From Dehalococcoidia bacterium (GTDB taxonomy: Bacteria > Chloroflexota > Dehalococcoidia > Lucifugimonadales > JAGWBF01), in assembly GCA_965225925.1 (NCBI GenBank), contig CBDDBY010000002.1, positions 124,863 through 188,862 of the forward strand: a DNA stretch of 64,000 nt. The letters run 5' to 3'. The notes under the pieces were generated by a model. That model saw only the letters and a program-made list of their open reading frames with translations, made no database searches and was not told the DNA's origin. Numbering within the stretch: the first letter of the stretch is position 1; every line of letters begins with the position of its first letter. Of the stretch, positions 42,491 to 51,371 are shown piece after piece. The position numbers and the translations under genes were made by a program.

Positions 42491-44254
42491 ATGCCCACCA
42501 CCAACGCAGAGGTAGCCGAGCTTTTCGAGAACCTTGCTGCCCTCCTGGAGATGAATGGGGACACCATCTTCAAGATACGGGCATACCGGAGGGCGGCCCG
42601 CACCATAGAGCAACTCCCCATGTCCCTGGAGCAGGCCGTCCTGGATGGCATGGATCTGAAGAGCATCCCCGGCATCGGCGACGCCATCAGCAAGAAGATA
42701 CAAGAGTTTGTAACCACGGGCAAGGTGGCCACCTACGAGAGGGTAAAGGGTGAACTGCCCGATGGCGCCCTGAGCCTTATGAACGTACCCGGCATCGGGC
42801 CCAAGACCACCATGCTCATCGCCCGGGCATCCGGGGCCGGCACCATCGAGGAGGTCGAAAAGGCTATTCTCGACGGGCGCCTATCGTCGCTGCCCGGCCT
42901 GGGAGAGAAAACCGCCCAGAACATCTTGAAAAGTATCCGCTCTCTTCGCAGCAAGGACAGGAGGATACCCATCGGACAGGCGGTTTCCGTTGCCGAGCGA
43001 GTGATTGCCGGCCTTCGCGACGCCTGCCCCGGGATCGGGGAAGTCACCCCCGCGGGGAGTCTGCGCCGTTGGCGGGAGACCATCGGCGACATAGACATCA
43101 TGGCGACGGCCAGGGAACCGGCCCAGGTAATGGACGCCCTGGTCCGGCTTCCTTCGGTGCAGCAGGTTTTGGGCCATGGGACAAAGAAGTCAAGCGTGGT
43201 GGTGGACCCGGGCATCCAGGTGGACCTGCGGGTCGTGGAAGATGAGTCCTTCGGCGCGATGCTCCAGTACTTCACCGGCAGCCAGCAGCACAACATCCGT
43301 CTCCGGGAATACGCCAATCGCAGGGGGCTCTCCCTAAATGAGTATGGTATTACCCCCCTCGACAGCGGCCATCTGGAAAAGTACGCTGATGAAGAGGCTT
43401 TCTATGGACGCTTGGGGCTCCCCTTGATTCCCCCAGAGGTGAGGGAGGGCCTGTGGGAGATAGACCTGGCCGAGGGCGGCGCTTTACCCAGCCTGGTGGA
43501 AACTTCGGATATCCGTGGCGACCTGCACGTCCACAGTGATTGGAGTGACGGCCATGATACCTTGGAGGCCATGATAGAGGCCGCTGCTGGCCGGGGTTAT
43601 CAGTACGTGGCCCTGACCGACCATTCCGCCGGGCGGGGCATCGCCAACGGCCTCAGCCCCGATAGGCTGCTGGAACAGATACGGCTGCTGCGCTCTCTGG
43701 ATTGGCGCCACGGCATAAAGGTCTTAAGTGGCTCCGAGGTGGACATACGGGCCGACGGATCCCTGGACTATCCGGACGAGCTACTGGAGAAGCTGGATGT
43801 GGTGGTGGCCTCTGTCCATTCGGGAATGGGCCAGGACTCCACTATAATGACGCAAAGGGTCATCAAGGCTATGAGGAACCCACACGTGACCGTCATCGGC
43901 CACCCTACCTGCCGGCTGCTGGGAAGCAGGGACCCGGTGGATGTGGACATGGATGCGCTGTTTGCGGCGGCGGTGGAGACCGGGACCCCGATGGAGATAA
44001 ACGGCGCGCCGGAAAGGCTGGACCTGAAGGACTCTTATGTTCTTAGAGCCCGGGAGCTGGGAGTGCCCCTGATAATCAGCACCGATTCCCATGCCCACGC
44101 GCAACTGGACCACATGCGTTTCGGCGTGGCCGTGGCCCGCAGAGGCTACTGCGAACCCAAGAATATAGTCAATACCCTGGGCGTCGAGGACTTCATGACC
44201 TTTATAGCGACGCCCAAGCCGCAGCGGACCGAGTTTCTAACAGGATGCCGCTAA
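42491..44254 (+). CDS. polX: DNA polymerase X family protein with C-terminal PHP domain
   Basis: N-terminal helix-hairpin-helix units (IPGIGDAISKKI, VPGIGPKT, LPGLGEKT), Pol-beta nucleotidyltransferase core (GSLRRWRETIGDIDIM) and PHP motifs (GDLHVHSDWSDG...LTDH). Confidence 0.9.
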   Translation: MPTTNAEVAELFENLAALLEMNGDTIFKIRAYRRAARTIEQLPMSLEQAVLDGMDLKSIPGIGDAISKKIQEFVTTGKVATYERVKGELPDGALSLMNVPGIGPKTTMLIARASGAGTIEEVEKAILDGRLSSLPGLGEKTAQNILKSIRSLRSKDRRIPIGQAVSVAERVIAGLRDACPGIGEVTPAGSLRRWRETIGDIDIMATAREPAQVMDALVRLPSVQQVLGHGTKKSSVVVDPGIQVDLRVVEDESFGAMLQYFTGSQQHNIRLREYANRRGLSLNEYGITPLDSGHLEKYADEEAFYGRLGLPLIPPEVREGLWEIDLAEGGALPSLVETSDIRGDLHVHSDWSDGHDTLEAMIEAAAGRGYQYVALTDHSAGRGIANGLSPDRLLEQIRLLRSLDWRHGIKVLSGSEVDIRADGSLDYPDELLEKLDVVVASVHSGMGQDSTIMTQRVIKAMRNPHVTVIGHPTCRLLGSRDPVDVDMDALFAAAVETGTPMEINGAPERLDLKDSYVLRARELGVPLIISTDSHAHAQLDHMRFGVAVARRGYCEPKNIVNTLGVEDFMTFIATPKPQRTEFLTGCR

Positions 44255-44270
44255 CACCTGGTACTGGACT

Positions 44271-45005
44271 ATGAAAAAAGCACCACATAAAGGCGCGGAT
44301 GTTCTCCACCAGGAGGCCGGCGACGGCCGGTGGGAGCTGGCTCGGGACGAGCCCGAGGCTGTGCGGCACATGAGGGAGGCCGTGCGCTCCGGCAAGGAAT
44401 GGCCTCTGGCCCTGCTGGAGGCCGTGGGCATGTGGACCCTGGCGGAGGAGGAGTTTAAGGGGAGGGGTTACAACTTCCTCCTCGAAGGCGAGGCCTTCGA
44501 CTGGCTGCTTCTGGCGGAGCGGCTTTGCTACGAGCTGGACGGGGTGGTACCCCTGGATCAGAAGCAACAGCTGCTCTTCCACGGCATACTGCCCAACGAC
44601 ATCAGCGACGGGGTGTTTCGGGAGTTAGTAGGCTTCACCAAACACCAGGCCATCCTGAACTACTGGTATGGTGTGGTAGTTGAGGAGGCCCTCCAACTGG
44701 CCGTTGAGGAGGAGGTGCGCAAGCAGCACCGAGCCAGGTCCTACCCAGACAGTGAGGACCTGGTCGAAGAGGCCTTCCGGCGGCTTTACGAGGACAGCCG
44801 CACCAACCTTTTGACAGAGTTCTTTAGAGAGAACGGCAACCCGGAGCAGAAATCCCTCAGCCTAACGGAGATGAAGGAGTTCACCTACCGGCTTTTCAAG
44901 AGAAGGGTCAAAATCTGGGACCCGGCCAGGGTCGGCAGCGACACCCGCAAGGGCCTGGTAAAGCTACACACCCTCCGGTCCACCGTTAACACCCCAACAA
45001 CCTAA
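44271..45005 (+). CDS. Hypothetical protein
   Basis: 244-aa ORF with coding-like composition, starting 17 nt after polX. No family recognised. Confidence 0.5.
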   Translation: MKKAPHKGADVLHQEAGDGRWELARDEPEAVRHMREAVRSGKEWPLALLEAVGMWTLAEEEFKGRGYNFLLEGEAFDWLLLAERLCYELDGVVPLDQKQQLLFHGILPNDISDGVFRELVGFTKHQAILNYWYGVVVEEALQLAVEEEVRKQHRARSYPDSEDLVEEAFRRLYEDSRTNLLTEFFRENGNPEQKSLSLTEMKEFTYRLFKRRVKIWDPARVGSDTRKGLVKLHTLRSTVNTPTT

Positions 45006-45030
45006 TGCTGTGTAAACCGATCAATGATAG

Positions 45031-45121
45031 TGTCATTCTGAGCGAAGCGAAGAATCTGGGGTGGCTGCGGGTAGCCCCTCCCCTCCAGATTCTTTGGTCG
45101 CTACGTTCCCTCAGAATGACA
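45031..45121. repeat. Long imperfect palindrome (REP-like) between convergent genes
   Basis: TGTCATTCTGAG..AAGAATCTGG at 45031-45058 pairs with CCAGATTCTT..CTCAGAATGACA at 45085-45121, around a GGGG...CCCC centre. Confidence 0.6.
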
Positions 45122-45166
45122 TCATGATCAGCTTGACGTGGTACTAGCGTCGGGTTTCACACCCCC

Positions 45167-47926
45167 CTACGCCGGCAGCTGGGAGATGATCTCCTGGAGC
45201 CGTAGTTGTCTCTCCTGAAGGGAACGCAAGCGTTCCTGCTCCCGCTCCACCACCTCATCTGGGGCCTTCGACATAAATTCCTGGTTGCCAATTAGCTTCT
45301 GTACCCGGGACAGGCCAGCCGTACACTCTTTGAGCTCGCCCATGAAGCGGTCCCTTTCGGCGGCGATGTCCACCAGTCCTGCCAGGGTGAGCATTACCAC
45401 CAAAGGGTCCACCACCAAGGTGATGGCCTGGCCGGCTGCGGGCCGGGCCCCGGCTTCATCCAGCACACGCAAAGGCTGGACCCGGGCCAGGCTGCAGATA
45501 GCCGCCGACTCCTCCTCCACGGCCTCCTTCAGTCCATTGGCGTCCACCGTGGCCTCCAGCCGCTGGCTCGAGGGGATGCGCAGCTGGGCCCGGGCGTTCC
45601 TGATGGCCCGTATCATCATGGTCATGGCCCCCATCTCCCGCTCGGCCTGGGGGTCGATGCGTCCTTCCTCGGGTTGGGGATACGGGGCAACCATGATGGA
45701 CTCGGGCAAGGCTTCCCTTGAGCCCGCCAAGGGGGCTCCTTCTTCAGGGAGACGGCGCATCAGGTTCTGCCATATCTCCTCGGTGATGAAGGGCATGAAT
45801 GGATGCAGCAGGCGCAGAGTCCGCTCTAGGACGTGGGCCAGCACCCTCGATGGAGTGGGGTCTCCGGCCTGAAGCCGCACCTTGGCCATCTCGATATACC
45901 AGTCGCAGAACTCCCCCCACAGGAAATCATAAATGGTCCTCTGGGCTTCACCCAACTCGTAGGCATCCAAGTAGCCGTTGACAGACCCCACCACCGAGTT
46001 CAGGCGGCTTACGATCCACCTGTCCTGCCGGGCAGCATCTGCGGGAAGGCTGACATCCCCTTCCCAGCGGCCCTTCAGTTCGGGCAGTTCGTACCACCCG
46101 GCCAGGGATGGGGGCTCTACGCGCTCCAGCCCGCCGATGACGAACCGGGAGGCGTTCCACAGCTTGTTGGCGAAATTCCGGCTGGACTCCAGCTTCGACT
46201 CACCCACCCGCAGGTCGTTTCCAGGGGCGGTGCCGGTAGTCAGGGCAAAGCGCAGGGCGTCGGTCCCGTACTGCTGGACAAGCTCTAGCGGGTCGAGAAC
46301 ATTCCCCTTGGTCTTGCTCATCTTCACGCCCTGGGGGTCCCGGATCAGGCCGTGGAGAAAGACGGTGTGAAATGGCTCCTTTCCCGTATTGGCCAGGCCC
46401 AGCATTATCATGCGGGCCACCCAGAAAAAGAGTATGTCGTAGCCCGTCTCCATGACCGCCGTGGGAAAATAATAGCCCATGTCCTCGGTGTCCTTGGGCC
46501 AGCCCAGGGTGGAGTGGGTCCAGAGGGCCGAGCTGAACCAGGTGTCCAGCACGTCGGGGTCCTGCTGGATCAGGCTGGACCGGCAGTGGACGCACTCCTT
46601 GGGGTCTTCAATTTCCACCGTCTGGCCGGCACAGTCCTGGCAGTACCAAACTGGGATGCGATGTCCCCACCATAACTGACGGCTGATGCACCAGTCCCTG
46701 ATGTTCTCCAGCCAGTTGAGGTAGACTCGGCCGAACCGCTCGGGCACGATGTGGATCCGGCCCTCGGCAACGGCGCTGTAGGCCCGGCCCGCGATGGAAC
46801 CGGGATCGTCGTGGCGGCCCACGGCCATGAACCACTGGCTGCTGACCAGGGGCTCCACCACCGTGTGGCACCGCTGGCAATGGCCCACCGAGTGGCTATG
46901 GGGCTCGGTCTTCTCCAGGAGGCCCTCTCCCTTCAATTGCTCAACCACACCCTCACGGCACTGGAACCGCTCCTGCCCGAAATAGGGCCCTGCTTCGGAG
47001 GTCATTGTTCCCTCCGGCCCGATGACCGTGACAGACGGCAACCCGTGGCGCTGTCCGATGTCGAAGTCCGTGGGGTCATGGCCGGGAGTCACTTTGAGCG
47101 CCCCCGTGCCGAACCCGGGTTCGATGACCGCATCGGCCACGATGGGTATCCTACGCCCGATAATTGGGAGGGCGACCTCGCTCCCCACAAGGGAACTGTA
47201 CCGCGAGTCCTCCGGATGGACGGCCACCGCTGTGTCTCCCATCATCGTCTCCGGACGGGTGGTGGCTACGGTTATGTAACCTTCACAATTTGCCAGGGGA
47301 TATCGGATGTAGTAGAGATTCCCATCCACCTCCTGATGTTCCACCTCCAGGTCGGAGAGGGCGGTGGCGCACCTGGGGCACCAGTTGATGATGCGCTCAC
47401 CTTTGTAAATCAGCCCCTTCTTGTAAAGGTTGACAAAGGTGGTGCGTACGGCCTTGCTGGGGCCGGGGTCCAGGGTGAAGCTAAGGCGGGACCAGTCGCA
47501 GGACACACCCAGGCGCTTGTGTTGTTCGTCAATAGTGTTTCCGTAGGCGCCGACCCACTGCCACACGCGTTCGAGGAACTTCTCCCGTCCCAGCTCCTGG
47601 CGGCTGACGCCCTCCCTGGAGAGCTGTTGCTCCACCACCCACTGGGTGGCGATTCCGGCGTGGTCCTTTCCAGGCAGCCACAGGGTGGGCTCTCCCAGCA
47701 TCCGGTGCCAGCGGCAAAGGATGTCTTCAATGGATGCGGTGAGGGCATGGCCCAGGTGGAGCTCCCCCGTGACGTTGGGCGGCGGCATGACAACTACGAA
47801 GGGCTTCTTCTCTGGGTCTATTCTGGGGGTGAAATAGCCCTTTCCCATCCAGAAATCGTAGACCCGGCCCTCGACGGCTTCCGGGTTGTATGCCTTGGGG
47901 ATCTCCCCTGTCACATCCTGCGCCAC
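45167..47926 (-). CDS. valS: Valine--tRNA ligase
   Basis: 919 aa. PPPNVTGELHLGH (HIGH), KMSKTKGN (KMSKS), editing domain and C-terminal coiled coil. Confidence 0.97.
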   Translation of the reverse strand: MAQDVTGEIPKAYNPEAVEGRVYDFWMGKGYFTPRIDPEKKPFVVVMPPPNVTGELHLGHALTASIEDILCRWHRMLGEPTLWLPGKDHAGIATQWVVEQQLSREGVSRQELGREKFLERVWQWVGAYGNTIDEQHKRLGVSCDWSRLSFTLDPGPSKAVRTTFVNLYKKGLIYKGERIINWCPRCATALSDLEVEHQEVDGNLYYIRYPLANCEGYITVATTRPETMMGDTAVAVHPEDSRYSSLVGSEVALPIIGRRIPIVADAVIEPGFGTGALKVTPGHDPTDFDIGQRHGLPSVTVIGPEGTMTSEAGPYFGQERFQCREGVVEQLKGEGLLEKTEPHSHSVGHCQRCHTVVEPLVSSQWFMAVGRHDDPGSIAGRAYSAVAEGRIHIVPERFGRVYLNWLENIRDWCISRQLWWGHRIPVWYCQDCAGQTVEIEDPKECVHCRSSLIQQDPDVLDTWFSSALWTHSTLGWPKDTEDMGYYFPTAVMETGYDILFFWVARMIMLGLANTGKEPFHTVFLHGLIRDPQGVKMSKTKGNVLDPLELVQQYGTDALRFALTTGTAPGNDLRVGESKLESSRNFANKLWNASRFVIGGLERVEPPSLAGWYELPELKGRWEGDVSLPADAARQDRWIVSRLNSVVGSVNGYLDAYELGEAQRTIYDFLWGEFCDWYIEMAKVRLQAGDPTPSRVLAHVLERTLRLLHPFMPFITEEIWQNLMRRLPEEGAPLAGSREALPESIMVAPYPQPEEGRIDPQAEREMGAMTMMIRAIRNARAQLRIPSSQRLEATVDANGLKEAVEEESAAICSLARVQPLRVLDEAGARPAAGQAITLVVDPLVVMLTLAGLVDIAAERDRFMGELKECTAGLSRVQKLIGNQEFMSKAPDEVVEREQERLRSLQERQLRLQEIISQLPA

Positions 47927-48145
47927 GTCACCTGCCGTTCATCCTAATCTATCAAATCTATCGCCCCAGGTCTGGTCCAGAATCGAGGAATGAAAGCCGT
48001 AAAGAAGCCCACGCTAAGTTCATAGCCTGAGAAACTGAGCCTATTGTAGGCGGGTGGCGTAGCTAGAGTCAACGAGGATGCAGCATCCCCCGGCGTTTTT
48101 AATTGGGGGATGCAGGGAGACCCGGTCACGGCAGGGGGGCGATGT

Positions 48146-48173
48146 GTAGGGGCGAGGCAAGCCTCTCCCCTAC
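48146..48173. repeat. REP-like hairpin (12-bp stem, 1 mismatch)
   Basis: GTAGGGGCGAGG-caag-CCTCTCCCCTAC, about 100 nt downstream of the last cupin cistron. Confidence 0.5.
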
Positions 48174-48268
48174 CCACGTTCATTCAATTATTCCCGGTAG
48201 TGCCGGCGGAAACCAGCTTGATAGACTCCGGCCGGCGTCCAAAGCAACGTCAGGAGGCAGGGGAGCTA

Positions 48269-48610
48269 TCAGGCCAGGGGAATGGCGGTGGAGACCCTGG
48301 GCTCGTTGCCCACCACCCGGGTGAGGTGGCCCTTCCCCGTGAGGTCCTCGGCCAGCACAACGTCGCCGGGACCGAAGCGCAGCACCGTCCCATCCCCCAC
48401 CTCTATCTCTCCCTGGCCGGAGAGGGTGATCACGTACTGGCGACGGGGCGCGGGGTGCCAGTCGATTTTTTCGCCGGGCTCAGCCTTGCGGAAGCTGATG
48501 CCCGTGGCCGCCTGAGTGGGCGAACCGGCCACCGGCCCGGTGGGCAGGTCAAGCTCCTCAAAGTGGGACTGTCCGTCGTCTCCGGTATAAAGCCGCACGT
48601 ACATTAGCAT
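48269..48610 (-). CDS. Cupin domain protein (paralog 1)
   Basis: 113 aa. WHPAPRRQYVITLSGQGEIEVGDGTVLRFGPGDVVLAEDLTGKGH. Clearly paralogous to the adjacent ORF. Confidence 0.7.
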   Translation of the reverse strand: MLMYVRLYTGDDGQSHFEELDLPTGPVAGSPTQAATGISFRKAEPGEKIDWHPAPRRQYVITLSGQGEIEVGDGTVLRFGPGDVVLAEDLTGKGHLTRVVGNEPRVSTAIPLA

Positions 48611-48623
48611 CCTCCTGTGTTTT

Positions 48624-48667
48624 CCCTCCCCCTTTCCCCATGGGAGAGGGGACTGTGGTGAGGGTCA
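48624..48667. repeat. Intercistronic palindromic element, copy 1
   Basis: ccctccccctttCCCCATGGGAGAGGGGactgtGGTGAGGGtca is similar to the element at 49015-49054. It begins at the stop codon of the upstream cistron. Confidence 0.5.
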
Positions 48668-48997
48668 CGGCAGTGGCATCGAGACCGATAGACAGGCTCC
48701 CGCCAGGGCCCGGGCGGTATGTCCCTTGCCAGTCATGTCCTCCGCCAGCAGCACACTGCCGGGGCTCAGATGCCGCGTCGTTCCGTCCCCCAGTCCGATT
48801 TCCGTCTGGCCCGACAGGAAGATAACGTACTGGCGGCGGGGAGCGTTGTGCCAGTCGCTGAAGTGTCCCTCCGGGTTGTGGTGGAAAGTCATATCTGCGC
48901 CGGCCTTCAGGGCCACGGACGTTGCCTCGCCCGAGGGCATCTTCAGCTCCTCAACGTGGGACTGCCCATCTTCCCCCGTGTACAGACGTATGATCAT
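48665..48997 (-). CDS. Cupin domain protein (paralog 2)
   Basis: 110 aa. WHNAPRRQYVIFLSGQTEIGLGDGTTRHLSPGSVLLAEDMTGKGH. Confidence 0.7.
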   Translation of the reverse strand: MIIRLYTGEDGQSHVEELKMPSGEATSVALKAGADMTFHHNPEGHFSDWHNAPRRQYVIFLSGQTEIGLGDGTTRHLSPGSVLLAEDMTGKGHTARALAGACLSVSMPLP

Positions 48998-49014
48998 TTT
49001 ATCTTTCCTTTGTT

Positions 49015-49054
49015 TCCCCTCTCCCCTTGGGAGAGGGGCCAGGGGTGAGGGCTA
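49015..49054. repeat. Intercistronic palindromic element, copy 2
   Basis: CCCCTCTCCC-ctt-GGGAGAGGGG (perfect 10-bp stem at 49016-49038), then ccaggGGTGAGGGcta. It begins at the stop codon of the upstream cistron. Confidence 0.55.
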
Positions 49055-49585
49055 CGGCGCCGGAGTTTCGAAAGCGAATTTGGACAGGACAAGATCAAAG
49101 GTAGCCAGGAGCACTTCTATTTTCTTGATACCGTGGCCGGAGGTGAATCCGGCGAACACCGGGTTATTCCCGTCTCCTGTGCCATCTATGGTCAGTTGGT
49201 CCAGATTGCCGTCGGTGGCCCGCACCTGGAAGGTCTCGGCGGGACCCATTCCCCGGATTACCAGCAAAACCCCGTTGGACTTCGGTTTGCCGAAGGCATC
49301 CAGCGGGAGCTCTATCACACCTCTTCCGGGACCGGATTTGATGACCAGCATGTTGTCGTTTATCCCGGCATCGAAGACGGTGCCCAAGCACCCGACAGGA
49401 TCGCGGAAGGTAACCCCTTGAATCACCAGCGGATTAGTAAGGTCGGGAGCGAAGAATGGGCTTTCCGGACAGCTGTCAGCGTTGTGGGGCAGGCTCTCGA
49501 AATCTATCTCCGACACCGAGCCGACGTTGGCCAGGAAGTCCCCAGCAGAGACGTGGGTCCTAAACGGCGTCGGCTGCTCACCCAC
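49052..49585 (-). CDS. Hypothetical protein, probably 5'-truncated by IS insertion
   Basis: The frame stays open upstream of the GTG at 49585. It closes only at a TAA lying at the end of the IS1380 fragment (~49620). No family recognised. Confidence 0.45.
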   Translation of the reverse strand: MGEQPTPFRTHVSAGDFLANVGSVSEIDFESLPHNADSCPESPFFAPDLTNPLVIQGVTFRDPVGCLGTVFDAGINDNMLVIKSGPGRGVIELPLDAFGKPKSNGVLLVIRGMGPAETFQVRATDGNLDQLTIDGTGDGNNPVFAGFTSGHGIKKIEVLLATFDLVLSKFAFETPAP

Positions 49586-49622
49586 CGATCCAATGACTAC
49601 GGTGAATTGTTGCCCTACTAAT

Positions 49623-49843
49623 CTTTACCCCGAATCCACCGAAGGACGTCCTTGGGGACAGCCCTTGAAGAAGCCAGAGGGTGCTCCTCTGAATCTGGGA
49701 TAATGGTTTTGGAACAGAAACCAGCCCGGAAACAAGAAACACCCAATAGATGCTGCCACAGAACAAACCCGACCGTATCCGCATCCTCTTTGACGACCAT
49801 CGCCTGGTGGCCAATGCCGGCCTGCTCCTGCCGGCCACCCTAG
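49623..49843 (+). mobile_element. Solo left-end fragment (about 221 bp) of an IS1380-family element
   Basis: Near-identical to 51372-51596 (a few mismatches and a 4-bp ACAC indel). Includes the terminal repeat CCCGAATCCACCGAAGGAC and the first 31 transposase codons. Confidence 0.75.
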
Positions 49844-51371
49844 GAGCCTGTCCGACGATTCTTGAGGAAAAACCGCTGCCGGGTCCGAGAGAGTCTTGCG
49901 GGAACTTGATGAGGCCATCTTGGCCTGGGGGGTTCCCGTCGGCAGTGCGACGCCGGTTCTAAACCGTCTTCGGCCCCTTGGTCCGGGTACCTGTTTGGCT
50001 TACCCCGTTGGCGCCAGTCCGGCTCGCCAGAGTTTCAGGAGATTGTGGGTCAGGGCTATCAGTGTGAACTCCCCTGCCACCTTGTCCAGACCCCGCAGCA
50101 GGAACTGCCGGAAGCCCCGGGCCTGCTTGATTAGTCCATGAACGGGTTCGGTGATGGCTTTACGCCGGGCGTAGATCGCCCGCCCTTCCGTGGTCTGCAG
50201 CTTGTCCCGCATGGCGGCCCGCAGCGGTGTCCTGGTCCGGTTTCCATGAGCGATCCCGCCCCGATGGTGTCGCTCTCGCCCGGTGGCCACGTAGGCATCA
50301 ATTTGCCGCTCCGCAAGCATCCCCAGATTGGCTTCGCTGCAGTACCCTGCGTCCGCCGTGAACCACTTTGGCCGTCGCTCTTCTTCGAGGACTCCCACTC
50401 TAGCCAGGTTCTCCTCCAGACGCTCCAGCATGGGCCTGAGTCTACGGCTGTCGGCGCTGTGGGCCGTCACCTCCTGGGCCACGATCACCCCACTGGCCTC
50501 CTCCACTAGGACCTGGGCATTGTAGCCTTGAATCCAACCATGAGAGGTCTTCATGATCCGGCTGTCCGGGTCGGTGAAATTGCTCTGTTCCTTGGGCTGA
50601 GGTACGGCCCGTGCCGTAGCAGCTGTCACCTCTTCCGCTCCAGCCCCCCTCGCTTCAGCACGCTCCTGCCCTCGGCCCCTCGCCCGCTCTTCCAAGCGCC
50701 GCTTCGCCTCTCGAATCTTCTCCAGTCGGCCCTCCCGGCGCCGCAACTCCTCAGGCAACTCATCCCCACTCTGCTCCGGCCCATACTCGGCATCCTCGGC
50801 CTCGTCCACCTCTGTCGCCCGCCGTAGGAGTTCCTTTATCTCCGCCTCCAGTTGGGGTTCCACTTCCTCAATTCGCCCGTAGCTCATGGCTTTGTGCTTG
50901 GAGGCGTTGGCCTGATATTTGCTCTCATCCAAAGACAGGTGCCCCATCCGCACCAGACCTGCCTCACGGCACATTCGCAGCACCTCCAGGAACAACCCTT
51001 GGAAGGCCTCCAAGTGCGCCTTCCGGAAGTCCGCCAGGGTCCGGAAGTCGGGGAACTGGCCCCCGGAAAGAACCCGGAACGCTAGGTCCATCTCGCAGCT
51101 CCTGGCTATCTTCCGGGAGCTGCACACGCCGGTGCAGTAGCCGTACAGTAGCACCGTCAAGAGCATCTGGGGATGGTAGGCCTTGGGACCCCGCCCTCCT
51201 TCGTACCGCTCAAAGATGGGCCTGAGATCCAGCAGGCTCACCATCTCTTCCAGGAAGAAGGCCAAATGTCCTTCGGGTAGCCACTCGCGCGGCGACTGGG
51301 GCAGTAGATACGCCTGATACAGGCAATAGGGACGAAAGCTGTTGGCCATGGAGCACCTCCCTTCACATCCA
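49844..51371 (-). mobile_element. IS1182-family element (ends not defined; bounded on both sides by IS1380 sequence)
   Basis: Contains the transposase ORF. Only 22 bp separate its ATG from the IS1380 terminus. No terminal inverted repeats could be found by eye. Confidence 0.6.
50000..51349 (-). CDS. IS1182-family transposase
   Basis: N-terminal DUF772-like region (PKAYHPQMLLTVLLYGYCTGVCSSRKIARSC...DFRTLADFRK), a charged coiled-coil linker, and a C-terminal DDE region (ADAGYCSEAN...FRQFLLRGL..V..E). Confidence 0.85.
   Translation of the reverse strand: MANSFRPYCLYQAYLLPQSPREWLPEGHLAFFLEEMVSLLDLRPIFERYEGGRGPKAYHPQMLLTVLLYGYCTGVCSSRKIARSCEMDLAFRVLSGGQFPDFRTLADFRKAHLEAFQGLFLEVLRMCREAGLVRMGHLSLDESKYQANASKHKAMSYGRIEEVEPQLEAEIKELLRRATEVDEAEDAEYGPEQSGDELPEELRRREGRLEKIREAKRRLEERARGRGQERAEARGAGAEEVTAATARAVPQPKEQSNFTDPDSRIMKTSHGWIQGYNAQVLVEEASGVIVAQEVTAHSADSRRLRPMLERLEENLARVGVLEEERRPKWFTADAGYCSEANLGMLAERQIDAYVATGRERHHRGGIAHGNRTRTPLRAAMRDKLQTTEGRAIYARRKAITEPVHGLIKQARGFRQFLLRGLDKVAGEFTLIALTHNLLKLWRAGLAPTG

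Noticed and set aside
47927-48268. T-box leader upstream of valS
   Set aside because: The conserved T-box sequence (AGGGTGGTACCGCG-like) and the specifier/antiterminator architecture were not found on the minus strand. The region instead contains REP-like hairpins.
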